DNA of 64,000 nucleotides from Parcubacteria group bacterium (GTDB lineage Bacteria > Patescibacteriota > Minisyncoccia > Moranbacterales > UBA2206). Positions 1-10,563 of this stretch are shown piece by piece (the stretch's first letter is position 1; the number at the start of each line of letters is the position of its first letter). Under the pieces are notes generated by a model. The model had not been told where the DNA came from. It saw only the letters and a program-made list of their open reading frames with translations, and ran no database searches. The position numbers and the translations under genes are program-made. The stretch lies in NCBI GenBank assembly GCA_041674205.1, contig JBAYWF010000003.1, forward strand, positions 47,221 to 111,220. The letters are read 5' to 3'.

Positions 1-43
1 TTTTTTCATATTTTTATTTAAATAATTTTTATCCTAGGAACGA

Positions 44-670
44 TTATTCAGCCGCGCCATCCTTCGCCTCGACTTTCTGTCCGCGCAAAGCTTGGATGTC
101 AGGCCGCACGGTCTTCAACATATAATTGCGGATGTCCGCCGCGTCAGCGCGTACGGTTTTCATCATAGCCCTAGCTTCAACCAATCCGCTCTTGAACTCG
201 CCATCAGACTGTCCACAAACCAGATTTTTCGTATCGCCTATCTTTGCGGCTTGCGCGGCATAGTCATCGGAAAATTTCTGGATTTTTTCCTTCAGCACCG
301 CCAAATCAGACTGGATTTTCGATACGTCATATCCCTTATCCTCCAATTTCGCCATAAATTTTGAAATTCTGTCCACCATATTGCCATAGACCGACATATG
401 CTTCTCTTTCCGATTCCCAATATTGGCGGATCCGTTATCGATCCTTTCCTGGATGCGGGCGCATCGTTGTTCGCGCGTCTCCTCCCGGTTCTGTTGCCTC
501 TCCTCTTTCCGATCTCCGATGGCGGTTTTTTTCTCCGCTCGCACTTCTTCCCTCTTTTCCTGCCTTGCCTGCCGATCCGGATTTTGCGTTACGACTTCCT
601 CCTGGGCGAAAGCCACGCCGGACATCGCCATTGAGGCGGCCACCAGCGAAACTAATAGGCTTCTTTTCAT
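44..670 (-). CDS. Secreted coiled-coil hypothetical protein
   Basis: Signal peptide (…GVAFA|QEE) followed by a charged helical body with two Cys. Confidence 0.7.
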   Translation of the reverse strand: MKRSLLVSLVAASMAMSGVAFAQEEVVTQNPDRQARQEKREEVRAEKKTAIGDRKEERQQNREETREQRCARIQERIDNGSANIGNRKEKHMSVYGNMVDRISKFMAKLEDKGYDVSKIQSDLAVLKEKIQKFSDDYAAQAAKIGDTKNLVCGQSDGEFKSGLVEARAMMKTVRADAADIRNYMLKTVRPDIQALRGQKVEAKDGAAE

Positions 671-808
671 AATTTTGTTTTTTATCCGGCCGGACGACCG
701 CTTCGCGACGCCGACTGGATGATTTGTTTAATGATTATCTTTTTTGCCAGACGCACGCAAGTCCGCCCGGCAAACCCTGCCTATATGATAGCATAATCCC
801 AGCTCGGT

Positions 809-2155
809 TCAAACGCTTTTACCGCGCAGTCCGATCAGCTTTATCGTAAGCCAAATAACCAACACCCCGTCCGCGGCTATTCCTCCCAGCACCATCGCCC
901 AGGCGATGGAAAGGTACCCGAAACCGAAAAGGTAAACAAACAGATATGCCAGCGGGACCGCCACGAAAAATATCCTGACCAGGTTGGCTACCAATCCCGG
1001 AACTCCGGTTCCGATTCCCTGCAACGCCCGGGTAGCCGTCATCATAATCGCCATTAATGGAAAAGTCAGGACATCCACCCGCAGATACCCGCCGCCCAAC
1101 GCCAGCAGATTTTCATCCGCCGTGAAGATACGCAAAAAAATCTCCGGCCAAATGAAAAAAATGATCCCGATCGATGCGGAAAAAGCGGACGATATCCCAA
1201 TCGCGTACCAAACAATGTTCTTCAACAGATCATAGCGCTTAGCGCCGTAAAACATTCCGGTCAAGGTCAGCAGAGCGACGGAAAAACCGACGGGCAGCAG
1301 GATCGCCACGCTCTCCAGGCGCGAAACCAGTCCGAAAGATGCCACGTAGTCAGTGCCGAAATGGGCCATCAGCCTGTTCAAAAAAACCACATACATCGAA
1401 ATGAGCACTATCATAAAAGCCGACGGGACCCCGATGGAAAAGTTTTCCCGGATTATTTCCCAGGAAAAGCGAAAATAGAGCGGATCCAATTTGATATATG
1501 ATTTTTTCTTAAGATAATAGATGGAAACGACGAAGGCGGAAAAGGTGGCGATGAGCGTCGCCAACGCCGCCCCCAAAACTCCCAGATGGAAACCGTAGAT
1601 AAGGATCGGGTCCAAAATGATATTCACCGCCAGACTGAAAATCTGGATTTTCATCGACAACAAAGTATCGCCCTCGGAAGAAAATAGGCTGTCGATGGTG
1701 AAAGCTGGGAACATGAATAATGTCCCAATAAAAATGATCTGCAAATAACTGACTGCCAATTCCAAAACGTCCCCGGACGCTCCGAACAAAACCAGCGTCG
1801 GACGTAGAATAAAAAAACCTGAGGCGGAAACCACCAGAGCGGTGGCGACGGAAATCGCGACCGCGTGCAAGGCGGAATTTTCAGCCTTCACCTTGTCCTC
1901 AGCCCCTAAAAAACGCGCGACCATCGAACCCATTCCGGTGCTTATGCCGGAGTTGATCGCAATCAGGATAAAAAACAGCGGGGAGGCGAATGACAAAGCC
2001 GCGATAGCTTGAGCGCCCAGCCGGCCGACAAACGCGGTATCGGCTACGCTATAGGCCGTCTGGACCGCCATACTGACCAAGACCGGACCAGCCAGCACGA
2101 ACAAAGCCCTCTGGGGGCTGGCGATGAATTCCTTGAGACGGTTATTGTTTTCCAT
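809..2155 (-). CDS. MATE family efflux transporter
   Basis: ~12 TM; DTAFVGRLG and NIILDPILIYGFHLGVLGAALAT motifs; start moved to MENNN. Confidence 0.9.
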   Translation of the reverse strand: MENNNRLKEFIASPQRALFVLAGPVLVSMAVQTAYSVADTAFVGRLGAQAIAALSFASPLFFILIAINSGISTGMGSMVARFLGAEDKVKAENSALHAVAISVATALVVSASGFFILRPTLVLFGASGDVLELAVSYLQIIFIGTLFMFPAFTIDSLFSSEGDTLLSMKIQIFSLAVNIILDPILIYGFHLGVLGAALATLIATFSAFVVSIYYLKKKSYIKLDPLYFRFSWEIIRENFSIGVPSAFMIVLISMYVVFLNRLMAHFGTDYVASFGLVSRLESVAILLPVGFSVALLTLTGMFYGAKRYDLLKNIVWYAIGISSAFSASIGIIFFIWPEIFLRIFTADENLLALGGGYLRVDVLTFPLMAIMMTATRALQGIGTGVPGLVANLVRIFFVAVPLAYLFVYLFGFGYLSIAWAMVLGGIAADGVLVIWLTIKLIGLRGKSV

Positions 2156-2218
2156 AATTGGATCATACCAAACAAAAAAGACCTTGCAAATATCATACAA
2201 AGTCTTTTTCGGAAAATT

Positions 2219-3535
2219 CTATTTTCTTTTTATTTCATCCATAGCTACCGGCATGAATTTTTTCAAAACTTCCGGAATCTTAATCGAACCGTCGGCTTGC
2301 TGGTGATTTTCCAAAATAGCGATAAATATCCGCGGGCTTGGCAAGGCAGTATTGTTCAGCATATAAACAAATTTCTTATTGCCTTCCTTATCGGAATATT
2401 TTACATTCAAACGACGCGCTTGCCAATCCGTAAAAATACTAGCCGACCCGGTTTCGCCATAACGACCGAGTCCCGGCATCCAAGCTTCAAGGTCATATTG
2501 GCGATATTTTCCAGCACCCAAGTCCCCCGTGCAAATTGCCAGTTGCCGATAGGGCAAGCCCAATTCCTCATGCATTTCACGGGAAATCGCTATCATTTCA
2601 TCTTGCAATTTCTCCGCTTCCCCATTGTCAGCTTCGCACAAAATGACTTGTTCCACTTTCATAAATTCATGCACGCGATACATACCCTTGGTGTCTTTGC
2701 CATAACTGCCGATTTCACTGCGATAACATTGCGAATAACCGCACAGCCGCATTGGCAATTGGTCTGCTTGCAAAACCTCGTCGGAATAATAAGCCAGCAA
2801 GGACGGTTCAGCTGTCCCGACCAAAAATTTATTATTCTTGCTGATTTCGCCGGTCACTTCTTTTTCAGAAGAGGCCACTTTATAAATCTCATCGATTTCT
2901 TGGTTATATTCCAAGCCTTTGAAATAGCCGCTGCCAAACAAAGAAAATTCTTTCACCAAAGTTGGTACGATCATCGGAGCATATCCCCTGACCATCATCT
3001 TGTTGATCGCATACATCATAAAACCCATCATCAAAGACACGCCTTCGTTCTTCACATAATAGCCCCGGTAGCCACCAACCTTCGCACCTCTTTCCAAATC
3101 AAGAATGTCCAAATCCTTGCCAAGCTGAATGTGGTCTTTTGGCGTGAAATCAAATTGCGGAACATTATCACTGCGATAGATTTCCACGTTATCATCTTCG
3201 CTTTTTCCGATCGGCGTATCGGAAGAAACGACATTCGGCACCCTAACCATCAAAGTTTCGAATTCATTTTTTATTTTTTTATATTCCGGTTCGACAGCGG
3301 CGATTTTTTCCTTGACTTTCTTGCCCTGTGCGATAACGATTGACTTATCGGCAGCGGATTTAATTTCTTCATTCAGCTTATTTTTTTCGCCGCTCAAACT
3401 TTCAATTTCCTGCAGCAATGCCACTCTTTTTTCGTCCAATACCAATAATGCATCCAGATCCAAATCTATACGCTTCTGAGCGATAACTTTTCTTATCTCT
3501 TCCGCATTTTCCCTGATGAATTTGATGTCCAACAT
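2219..3535 (-). CDS. serS: Serine--tRNA ligase
   Basis: MLDIKFIR N-terminus, GTAE, YRSE, RVHEFMKVEQ, LNNTA class II motifs. Confidence 0.97.
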   Translation of the reverse strand: MLDIKFIRENAEEIRKVIAQKRIDLDLDALLVLDEKRVALLQEIESLSGEKNKLNEEIKSAADKSIVIAQGKKVKEKIAAVEPEYKKIKNEFETLMVRVPNVVSSDTPIGKSEDDNVEIYRSDNVPQFDFTPKDHIQLGKDLDILDLERGAKVGGYRGYYVKNEGVSLMMGFMMYAINKMMVRGYAPMIVPTLVKEFSLFGSGYFKGLEYNQEIDEIYKVASSEKEVTGEISKNNKFLVGTAEPSLLAYYSDEVLQADQLPMRLCGYSQCYRSEIGSYGKDTKGMYRVHEFMKVEQVILCEADNGEAEKLQDEMIAISREMHEELGLPYRQLAICTGDLGAGKYRQYDLEAWMPGLGRYGETGSASIFTDWQARRLNVKYSDKEGNKKFVYMLNNTALPSPRIFIAILENHQQADGSIKIPEVLKKFMPVAMDEIKRK

Positions 3536-3605
3536 AAAATAATCCTTAGCTTTGTTATATTGCCTAGTCTATACCAGTTTTTTAAAAAAATCAAAAACAT
3601 CCGGA

Positions 3606-4235
3606 CTATGCACGCTTTTTCATAATGACCTTTCTATAGATGCCATATTTGGAAAAAAATTCCCGCATCAACATCGTGATTGAAAACGATACGCCGATCG
3701 CCAATTCGAAATTGAAAAACATCAAGGCATAGAAGGAAAACGCTCCGGCAAACGCCGCCATAATATACGTCGATTCATGTTTGAAAGCATAAGGCGTGTC
3801 GCCCATCACCGCGTCCCGGATCACACCCCCGCCGAATCCGGTCACCATACCCATAAAAACCGAAACGAGAAAGGCGATGATGCTCCAGGATGGATCAGCC
3901 GGAAAAAGATGCTTATGCGCGATGGAAGTCCCAATGATTACGAAGGTCGCCAAGCCGATAGAATCCAACAGACGGAACCAGGAATAACCTTTTTTGAAAA
4001 CATGCGGAACCGCATAGGTCGCCACCGAACCGAAAAATGCCACCAAGAGATAGTTCGAATCCTCCAGGTAGAAAAGCGGCACCCGGCCGATTGCCAGGTC
4101 GCGGAATGTCCCGCCTCCGACTGCCGTAATGGCGCCCAAAATGACCACACCGAAAATATTTAATTGCCTTCCCCTGGCCTTGAAAGCTCCGCCGATCGCA
4201 AAAGCCAAAGTTCCGAGAAGATCAAGATAATACAT
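3606..4235 (-). CDS. TRIC cation channel / UPF0126 membrane protein
   Basis: Duplicated GGGxxRD motif (GGGTFRD, GGGVIRD). Confidence 0.85.
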   Translation of the reverse strand: MYYLDLLGTLAFAIGGAFKARGRQLNIFGVVILGAITAVGGGTFRDLAIGRVPLFYLEDSNYLLVAFFGSVATYAVPHVFKKGYSWFRLLDSIGLATFVIIGTSIAHKHLFPADPSWSIIAFLVSVFMGMVTGFGGGVIRDAVMGDTPYAFKHESTYIMAAFAGAFSFYALMFFNFELAIGVSFSITMLMREFFSKYGIYRKVIMKKRA

Positions 4236-4788
4236 ACTGGTTGAAAAAATTCACAAAATAAACCGCGGATGCGCCATAAACTATGCCCAGAATCGCGCCC
4301 GCTATCACATCGCCTGGATAATGCATCCCATTATGCAATCTGGCATAAGCCATAATCAAAGCCCAAACGGCGGCAACCGGCCAGACAGCCGGGAAAAAAT
4401 ATACGATAACCGACAGCGGAGCCAAATTGGCCGACATATGGCTTGATGGGAAAGATGAATCGCTGAGCATCCGGCCGATAGGAAAAATCTTGTCCGGATG
4501 GGCTATATAAGGCCGGATTTTATTGAAATATTTACGTAACAAACGCTTGAATATTCCTTCGGTGATAGCGAAATGCAAGCTGGCCGCCACTATCATAGTT
4601 ATCGATATGATTTTTCCGTTTTCCGCGAAGAAAAATACGGCGATCGTAGCCAATGTCCAAAAAACCGCCAGATACAACATCCGACTTACGAAATCCGTCA
4701 CACGGTCGACTGCCGTTCCCCGTCCCCACCGGTTAAAAAATTTTACGATATCCAATCCCATTTGTTTTATATTTTTTATATTAATCAA
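4222..4788 (-). CDS. PAP2-family membrane phosphatase
   Basis: KxxxxxxxxxRP, SFPSSH, RLHNGMHYPGD motifs. Confidence 0.88.
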   Translation of the reverse strand: MINIKNIKQMGLDIVKFFNRWGRGTAVDRVTDFVSRMLYLAVFWTLATIAVFFFAENGKIISITMIVAASLHFAITEGIFKRLLRKYFNKIRPYIAHPDKIFPIGRMLSDSSFPSSHMSANLAPLSVIVYFFPAVWPVAAVWALIMAYARLHNGMHYPGDVIAGAILGIVYGASAVYFVNFFNQYVLS

Positions 4789-5770
4789 AAAATTTGATCA
4801 AATACCTTTTTGGTTGCAATTCCCGTTTTATTTCATCCTTCCATCCCGGTTCAATATCGGAAACCCTTTTTATTCCTCCGCCATACCGGCAAAGCGGATC
4901 GATAACCCTGGACTTGCAGTAGACTTCCGCGTCATAATCATCAGGATTGTTTTCATAGCCCTGGCTATTATTCAGATTTTTCCATAAAGAAGCCAGTCTC
5001 GCATCTCCAGCCAAGCGACGGTTTATTTTGCCGATGACTTCATCGTCCGTAGTGTATAAATCATCTTTCGTAACATAGCCCATATCCAAAGCATATCTCA
5101 AATAATCCCCTAGCCGGCGAAACATTACGGCACTCGTTATTCCGGAATAATAATTATCGTTCAGGATATGGAATAGTTGGGCATATCCATACGCCAAATC
5201 AAAATCCTTAATTATCCACTTCCCGTCCTGGACGATAAAGTTTTCCAAAATATTCCCAATTTTCCCCATATCCGCCACTTTATACGCCAGCAATCCCCGC
5301 AGGGAATAATCGATCCTATCGGCGCACAAATCAGGCAATTGGTTTTCCAAAAGCGGGAAATTTTTTTCATCCATAATATATCCCGCATCAAATCCGTATT
5401 TCTCCAAAATCTTAGGTATGCTTGAGTTTAGGACATATTCCGTGAAATAGTTGTCCTGGTGGTTTTGTTCTTTTTCCGAGCCTTCGGACAGGGCGTAATC
5501 TACCGCGTGGGAAAAAGCCGAATGGGACACATCATGGATCAATCCGGAGACCTGCTCCTCGATCGGCGCGCCGAATTTCCGCAATAACAGATATACTCCC
5601 ACTGAATGCTCAAACCGCGTATGTTTGCTGCCCGGGTGGTACGGTTCGAAGTAACCGGCCAAGCTGATTTCCTTCAGTCTTTGCAATTCGTAACTGTTTA
5701 TCAGCTCTAAAATCACCGGCTCATCGATCAGCGCTTGTCCGTAAATTTTATCTTGATAGACCATAACCAT
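4781..5770 (-). CDS. HD-domain phosphohydrolase (dNTPase/YwfO-like)
   Basis: LQRLK, HTRFEHSVG, LIHDVSH..FSH, ADRIDY. Confidence 0.85.
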   Translation of the reverse strand: MVMVYQDKIYGQALIDEPVILELINSYELQRLKEISLAGYFEPYHPGSKHTRFEHSVGVYLLLRKFGAPIEEQVSGLIHDVSHSAFSHAVDYALSEGSEKEQNHQDNYFTEYVLNSSIPKILEKYGFDAGYIMDEKNFPLLENQLPDLCADRIDYSLRGLLAYKVADMGKIGNILENFIVQDGKWIIKDFDLAYGYAQLFHILNDNYYSGITSAVMFRRLGDYLRYALDMGYVTKDDLYTTDDEVIGKINRRLAGDARLASLWKNLNNSQGYENNPDDYDAEVYCKSRVIDPLCRYGGGIKRVSDIEPGWKDEIKRELQPKRYLIKFFD

Positions 5771-5788
5771 TTTTTTACTTGTTGCTTG

Positions 5789-6460
5789 TTATATTATTCC
5801 TTTTATTTCCTGATTGAATCTCTTGAAAAAACCATGCATAAATTCCTGTCTTCCCTTAGCGATTTTTTTGCCTTCCTTGGTCAGGATTTTTTTATAAATA
5901 AATCTTAGTTTCTTATAATATTCCAAAAGCGACGAATCTTCCCTGGTATATGAATAGTCCTTGCCATCATCAGCTAATCTTTTTTCGTTTCCCGTATACA
6001 AATTGTTCGAACCGGCACTGCCAGCAAACAAGAAAGCGCGCGCAGCCCCGATCGCGCCGATTGAATCGATCTTATCCGCATCAAAAATAACTTTGGCTTC
6101 TAACGTTGTTGGTATATGGCTATTGCGGGAGCGATGCGCCTGGATGCAATGAAAAATATTTTCAATTTGATCCTGACTTAATTTATATTTTTTCAAAATA
6201 TCCTTCGAGATTTCCGCGCCTTTCTCCGCATGGCAAATCTTGCCTTTGTTGGCCATTTCTTCTTTGCGACCGATATCATGCAAAAGCGCGGCCGCTTCGA
6301 CGATGAACAAATCAGCTTTCTCTTTTTTACCGATATGCAACGCCAATGCCCGCACCCGCTCCACGTGCGTCCAATCATGGCAGCCGCTCGCTCCGACAAA
6401 ATATTTTTTGGCTTCGGTTTCGATTTTAGAAATCAATTCTTTTTTTTGAATCTTATCCAT
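5789..6460 (-). CDS. HD-domain protein (YedJ-like)
   Basis: HDWTHVERV, LLHDIG, DADKIDSIGAIG. Confidence 0.85.
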   Translation of the reverse strand: MDKIQKKELISKIETEAKKYFVGASGCHDWTHVERVRALALHIGKKEKADLFIVEAAALLHDIGRKEEMANKGKICHAEKGAEISKDILKKYKLSQDQIENIFHCIQAHRSRNSHIPTTLEAKVIFDADKIDSIGAIGAARAFLFAGSAGSNNLYTGNEKRLADDGKDYSYTREDSSLLEYYKKLRFIYKKILTKEGKKIAKGRQEFMHGFFKRFNQEIKGII

Positions 6461-6465
6461 ATAAT

Positions 6466-6828
6466 TTATTTTTTCACTTTTTTGGCCATCCGGCAGCCCC
6501 TCGCAAACTCCGCTTTCTCCATATTGAAAACTTCCAGCACTTTATATTTTCCTCTGGTCCACACTTCACCGTCTTGCATAAAATGCGTAACTTCCACCAA
6601 TTCCACGTTGGCCACCGGCTGGGAAAAAGATCCGCCCTTGTCCACAGTCTTGATCAAAGACACTTCGCCTTCAAACCAATAGATGCGTTGTTCTTTTTTG
6701 AGAAAATCATAAATTTTGCCGGCTTTCAATTTTTCCGGCACGCATTCCTCGCCTTTCCTTCTGCCTTTTTTGAACTCCGCGATATCGCGCAGCGCCAGAT
6801 CCGGATTGAATTCCACCTTGACACCCAT
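6466..6828 (-). CDS. Hypothetical protein
   Basis: Co-oriented ORF filling the operon with 5-18 bp gaps. Confidence 0.7.
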   Translation of the reverse strand: MGVKVEFNPDLALRDIAEFKKGRRKGEECVPEKLKAGKIYDFLKKEQRIYWFEGEVSLIKTVDKGGSFSQPVANVELVEVTHFMQDGEVWTRGKYKVLEVFNMEKAEFARGCRMAKKVKK

Positions 6829-6846
6829 AAAAAATTATTTGAATAT

Positions 6847-7395
6847 TTATTCTGATTCCCTGTCTTTAATATATCGCCTAACCAGATAAACCGCAACTTG
6901 CACGTAAATCAGGCCGAGCAACGCCCCGCCCAGGACATCCGACGGATAGTGCATACCGTTATGCATCCGGGAAAGTCCAGTCAGGACGGCGAACACGGCC
7001 ACGGCCTTCCAATATCTCCGGCAGAAATAGGCCAGCACGCCCAAAGTCGAAACTACGCTGGACATATGGTTGGATGGGAAAGAAGTGCTGACGCTCCGCG
7101 TTCCCAAAGGGGAAATTTCCTGGGGATACGCGATATATGGCCTCTCCCTCACTCCCAAATATTCGGGCACGACGACTTTTAAAAAACCTTCGCTGACGGA
7201 ATAATGCAAAGCCACGGAGACAAGAAGAGCTAAGATGAATTTGCGGAAATTGATTCTGTCCCCGGACAGACTGAACGATCCGGCCGCCAGGAACAGCGCG
7301 ATGAAAAGACCGTTATAACTGACGATGACCGAAAGCTGGTCGGCGACCGTCCCCCGCCCCAAATGGTTGAAAAATTCCGCGATTGCAAAATCCAT
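6847..7395 (-). CDS. PAP2-family membrane phosphatase (paralog of 4222..4788)
   Basis: RERP, SFPSNH, SRMHNGMHYPSD. Confidence 0.88.
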   Translation of the reverse strand: MDFAIAEFFNHLGRGTVADQLSVIVSYNGLFIALFLAAGSFSLSGDRINFRKFILALLVSVALHYSVSEGFLKVVVPEYLGVRERPYIAYPQEISPLGTRSVSTSFPSNHMSSVVSTLGVLAYFCRRYWKAVAVFAVLTGLSRMHNGMHYPSDVLGGALLGLIYVQVAVYLVRRYIKDRESE

Positions 7396-7420
7396 CGATA
7401 AATAAACTATGGAGAAAAAA

Positions 7421-8020
7421 TTAAGATTTCAAATATTTTTCAATAAATTTTTTTATGCCGTTCGTCCGATGGCTTATCAGATCCAACTCCTCGTTGCTAA
7501 GCTCGGCGTAATTTTTGCCAAATCTTGTCACGTGCAATACCGGATCATAACCGAAGCCGTTATCGCCTTTCATCCCATCCACGCCATCCACGATAAAACC
7601 TTCGGTTGCGGTTTCCAAGAACCATTCTTCTTCGCTTTGCGGATCATAGGTCGCCACTACTCCGATATATCGGGCGCTGCGCTGATCCTTGGGAATACCC
7701 TTTAATCTCTCAAGCAACTTCAAGCATCTCTCATGATCGGTGCCCGCATGCCAACGCTTGGCATGGATGCCGGGCTCGCCACCCAGCGCGTCCACGAAAA
7801 GCCCCGTGTCATCCGCTATAGCCAATATCCCGGACATTTCCGCATATTCCCTGGCTTTCTTTTGGGCATTATGCAACAAATTATCACCGTCTTCCTCCAC
7901 ATCGAAATCGATGCCCACGTCGGACAAAGCCAAAACCTCGGCATCCACGCCTGATTCCCGAAAGACCCTTTTGTACTGCGCCAATTTATTCCGATTGTTC
8001 GTCCCAATTAAAATTTTCAT
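7421..8020 (-). CDS. rdgB: Non-canonical purine NTP pyrophosphatase (RdgB/HAM1)
   Basis: TNNRNK, ADDTGLFVDALGGEPG, GFGYDP, SHR motifs. Confidence 0.9.
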   Translation of the reverse strand: MKILIGTNNRNKLAQYKRVFRESGVDAEVLALSDVGIDFDVEEDGDNLLHNAQKKAREYAEMSGILAIADDTGLFVDALGGEPGIHAKRWHAGTDHERCLKLLERLKGIPKDQRSARYIGVVATYDPQSEEEWFLETATEGFIVDGVDGMKGDNGFGYDPVLHVTRFGKNYAELSNEELDLISHRTNGIKKFIEKYLKS

Positions 8021-8044
8021 ATTTTATCCATATCTCCGCGTTTT

Positions 8045-8512
8045 TTAAATCCACCCTAATTCTTGATACATTTCCTGGCTTGGAGGCGTAAGCGGAATAT
8101 TTTTCAAATCATTCTTCCTGACCCATTTCGCCTCCGCCAGATCATCGCCTGGCCGGAGCTCTCCATCCGCATAATCACATAAATATTCCAAAAAATAAAA
8201 ATGGATCATTTCTCCCTGTTTGCCGATAGCTTCACCTTGTCTTGGCTCGGAACGATATTCCGGAACGATATTCCGTATATTTTCAATTTCAATTCCTAAT
8301 TCTTCCTTTATTTCCCTTCTTAACTCATTTTTAAAATAAATATTTTCCAAATCACCTTTCGCATATAGCTCCTGCGCCAACTCAAAATCATTTGCGCCGC
8401 CGCCCGGAGTGTGCCAAACATCAGGATAAGGAGCGGCGCCCTTAGCCTTTTTACCCAGGATTATTTCATCCCCTTTCCGGACTATGCCGCAAACGATATA
8501 TCGATAATCCAT
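8045..8512 (-). CDS. NUDIX hydrolase
   Basis: PGG…RREIKEELG Nudix box containing an insertion. Confidence 0.85.
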   Translation of the reverse strand: MDYRYIVCGIVRKGDEIILGKKAKGAAPYPDVWHTPGGGANDFELAQELYAKGDLENIYFKNELRREIKEELGIEIENIRNIVPEYRSEPRQGEAIGKQGEMIHFYFLEYLCDYADGELRPGDDLAEAKWVRKNDLKNIPLTPPSQEMYQELGWI

Positions 8513-8516
8513 AGGG

Positions 8517-9965
8517 TTATTTTTCCTTCATCGCCGGGAAAATGACGGTTTCACGGATCGATTTATCCATCAGGAAAGAAAAGACCCGTTCGCTCATACC
8601 GAAACCGAAAGCCGGCGGCATGCCGATTTCCAAAGCTTCGACGAAATCGTCATCGATCATTTGCGCTTCAACATCTCCGGCTTCGCGCATTTCCATTTGC
8701 TGTTCGAATCTTCGCTTCTGATCGATTGGGTCATTAAGTTCCCCGAAAGCATTGCACAACTCGCTCTTGCCAGCCACTATTTGAAAACGCAAAACTTTCA
8801 TCGGATTTGCCGGATCGGTCTTGGCCAAAGGCGAAATCTCCAAAGGATGGCCTACCAAAAAACAAGGCTGGACCAATTTTTGCCTGACGGTTTTTTTGTA
8901 AAGCGTGTCAATCATACGCCCCTTGCCATAGCCCGGTTCGTATTTTATGCCCAATTCGTCCGCTTTCGCCCTCAATCCCTCCAAAGATACGTTTTGGCTC
9001 AAATTGATGCCTGTTTCTTTTTCAAATTCAGTAAAATAATCCACGATTGGAAAATCTTTTGACCAATCGACTTCCGCCCCTTCGTATTTATGGACATAAC
9101 CGCCCAAAACGTTGAAGGCGATTTCTTTGTATAATTTTTGCGCGAATTCCATTCCCTTGGACATATCGGAATAGGCCCAATAAAATTCCATATGGTCGAA
9201 TTCCTGCAGATGATCGCGGTCCATACCCTCATTGCGGAAAACGCGCCCGATTTCGAAGACCCGTTCATATCCGCCCACCAGAAGCCTTTTGAGCGGAAGC
9301 TCCAGCGAAATACGCAAATAAAAATCCTGATCCAAGGCATTGTGATGCGTCACGAACGGTTCAGCGTCAGCTCCGCCCGGAGTATGTTCGAACACTGAAG
9401 TTTGCACCTCCAAAAATCCTTCATCCACTAAATTTTTCCTGATAGTCTGCCAGAAAACGTTTTTCTTGCGGAACAGCTCCCGCGTTTCCGGATTGGCCAG
9501 CAGATCCAAATACCTTTTGCGCAACAGTTCTTCCTCATCCTTGATGCCGAAATGCTCGGTCGGAATCGGCCGCATATTTTTCGACAGCATCGTCCAGTCG
9601 TGGACCTCCAAAGTTTTCTCTTCCTGTTTGGTTTTGAAAAGCTTTCCGGTCACCTGCACGAAATCCCCCAGCTCGACGTTTTTGGCGAATAATTTATATT
9701 TCGCCTCATCGATATTGTTCTTATTCAAAAACAATTGGATCTTGCCTGAACCGTCTTCGATATGGGCGAAAGTCGAGCCGCCCATCGGCCGGAACGACCG
9801 CACGCGCCCCACCAAGGTCAGTTCTTTTTCCCCCAATCCGTCGAATTTATCCAGAGCCTCGGCATTGGCCATATCGCGCCGGGTTTTTTCCGGATAGGCT
9901 TCCATTCCGAACGCCCGAATATTGTTTAATTTGTCCAATTTTGTCTGCAGGATATCTTCCCTCAT
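8517..9965 (-). CDS. lysS: Lysine--tRNA ligase (class II)
   Basis: OB fold, YLRISLEL, FRNEG, GMPPAFGFG. Confidence 0.97.
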   Translation of the reverse strand: MREDILQTKLDKLNNIRAFGMEAYPEKTRRDMANAEALDKFDGLGEKELTLVGRVRSFRPMGGSTFAHIEDGSGKIQLFLNKNNIDEAKYKLFAKNVELGDFVQVTGKLFKTKQEEKTLEVHDWTMLSKNMRPIPTEHFGIKDEEELLRKRYLDLLANPETRELFRKKNVFWQTIRKNLVDEGFLEVQTSVFEHTPGGADAEPFVTHHNALDQDFYLRISLELPLKRLLVGGYERVFEIGRVFRNEGMDRDHLQEFDHMEFYWAYSDMSKGMEFAQKLYKEIAFNVLGGYVHKYEGAEVDWSKDFPIVDYFTEFEKETGINLSQNVSLEGLRAKADELGIKYEPGYGKGRMIDTLYKKTVRQKLVQPCFLVGHPLEISPLAKTDPANPMKVLRFQIVAGKSELCNAFGELNDPIDQKRRFEQQMEMREAGDVEAQMIDDDFVEALEIGMPPAFGFGMSERVFSFLMDKSIRETVIFPAMKEK

Positions 9966-10050
9966 CGTAGTGTTTCACAATTAGTATTTAGCACCCGTCA
10001 TTGATTGAATTCTACCGTAAAGAGCGGATAAAATCAAATATGGCGTAAAC

Positions 10051-10085
10051 AAAACCGGGCCTGGACATCGCCCTGGACCCGGTTT
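10051..10085 (-). terminator. Hairpin downstream of greA
   Basis: aaaccggg…cccggttt inverted repeat with a T-run on the minus strand. Confidence 0.5.
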
Positions 10086-10107
10086 ACGATTTCAAAAAAT
10101 AATCCGG

Positions 10108-10563
10108 TTATTTCACATCCAGAATCCTATATCTCACTTTACCGCCCGGCGTATCGATTTCAACCTCATCGCCTTTTTTCTTGCCGATGAACCCCTTGCC
10201 CAGCGGAGACTCGTTGGAAATTTTCATTTCCGCCGGACTGGCTTCGTTGGAACCGACGATTTGAAATTCCATATCAGACCCGTTGAAATGGACGATCACT
10301 TTCGATCCCATCTGTACAGAGTCCGTAGTCTGGTCGCGGGTCACCACAGTTACTTCCTTGAGCATAAAATCCAATTCGGCCACGCGCGCCTCGTTTTCCG
10401 CCTGTTGCCTCTTGGCTTCGCTATATTCGGCATTCTCGCTCAAATCACCCTGCTCTTTAGCCTCTTTGATAGCATTGGCGATTTCCTGACGCACCGTCGT
10501 CTTCCTATGCTCCAATTCCTCTTTGATTTTCTTTAAACCTTCTTCAGTTACGAATTTCACCAT
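10108..10563 (-). CDS. greA: Transcription elongation factor GreA
   Basis: GDLSENAEY, ISNESPLG. Confidence 0.97.
   Translation of the reverse strand: MVKFVTEEGLKKIKEELEHRKTTVRQEIANAIKEAKEQGDLSENAEYSEAKRQQAENEARVAELDFMLKEVTVVTRDQTTDSVQMGSKVIVHFNGSDMEFQIVGSNEASPAEMKISNESPLGKGFIGKKKGDEVEIDTPGGKVRYRILDVK

Noticed and set aside
2009-3343. 444-aa + strand ORF antisense to serS (likewise 28631..29929, 43103..44029, 49070..50362, 60888..62087)
   Set aside because: Shadow ORFs of well-supported minus-strand genes, with no motifs of their own
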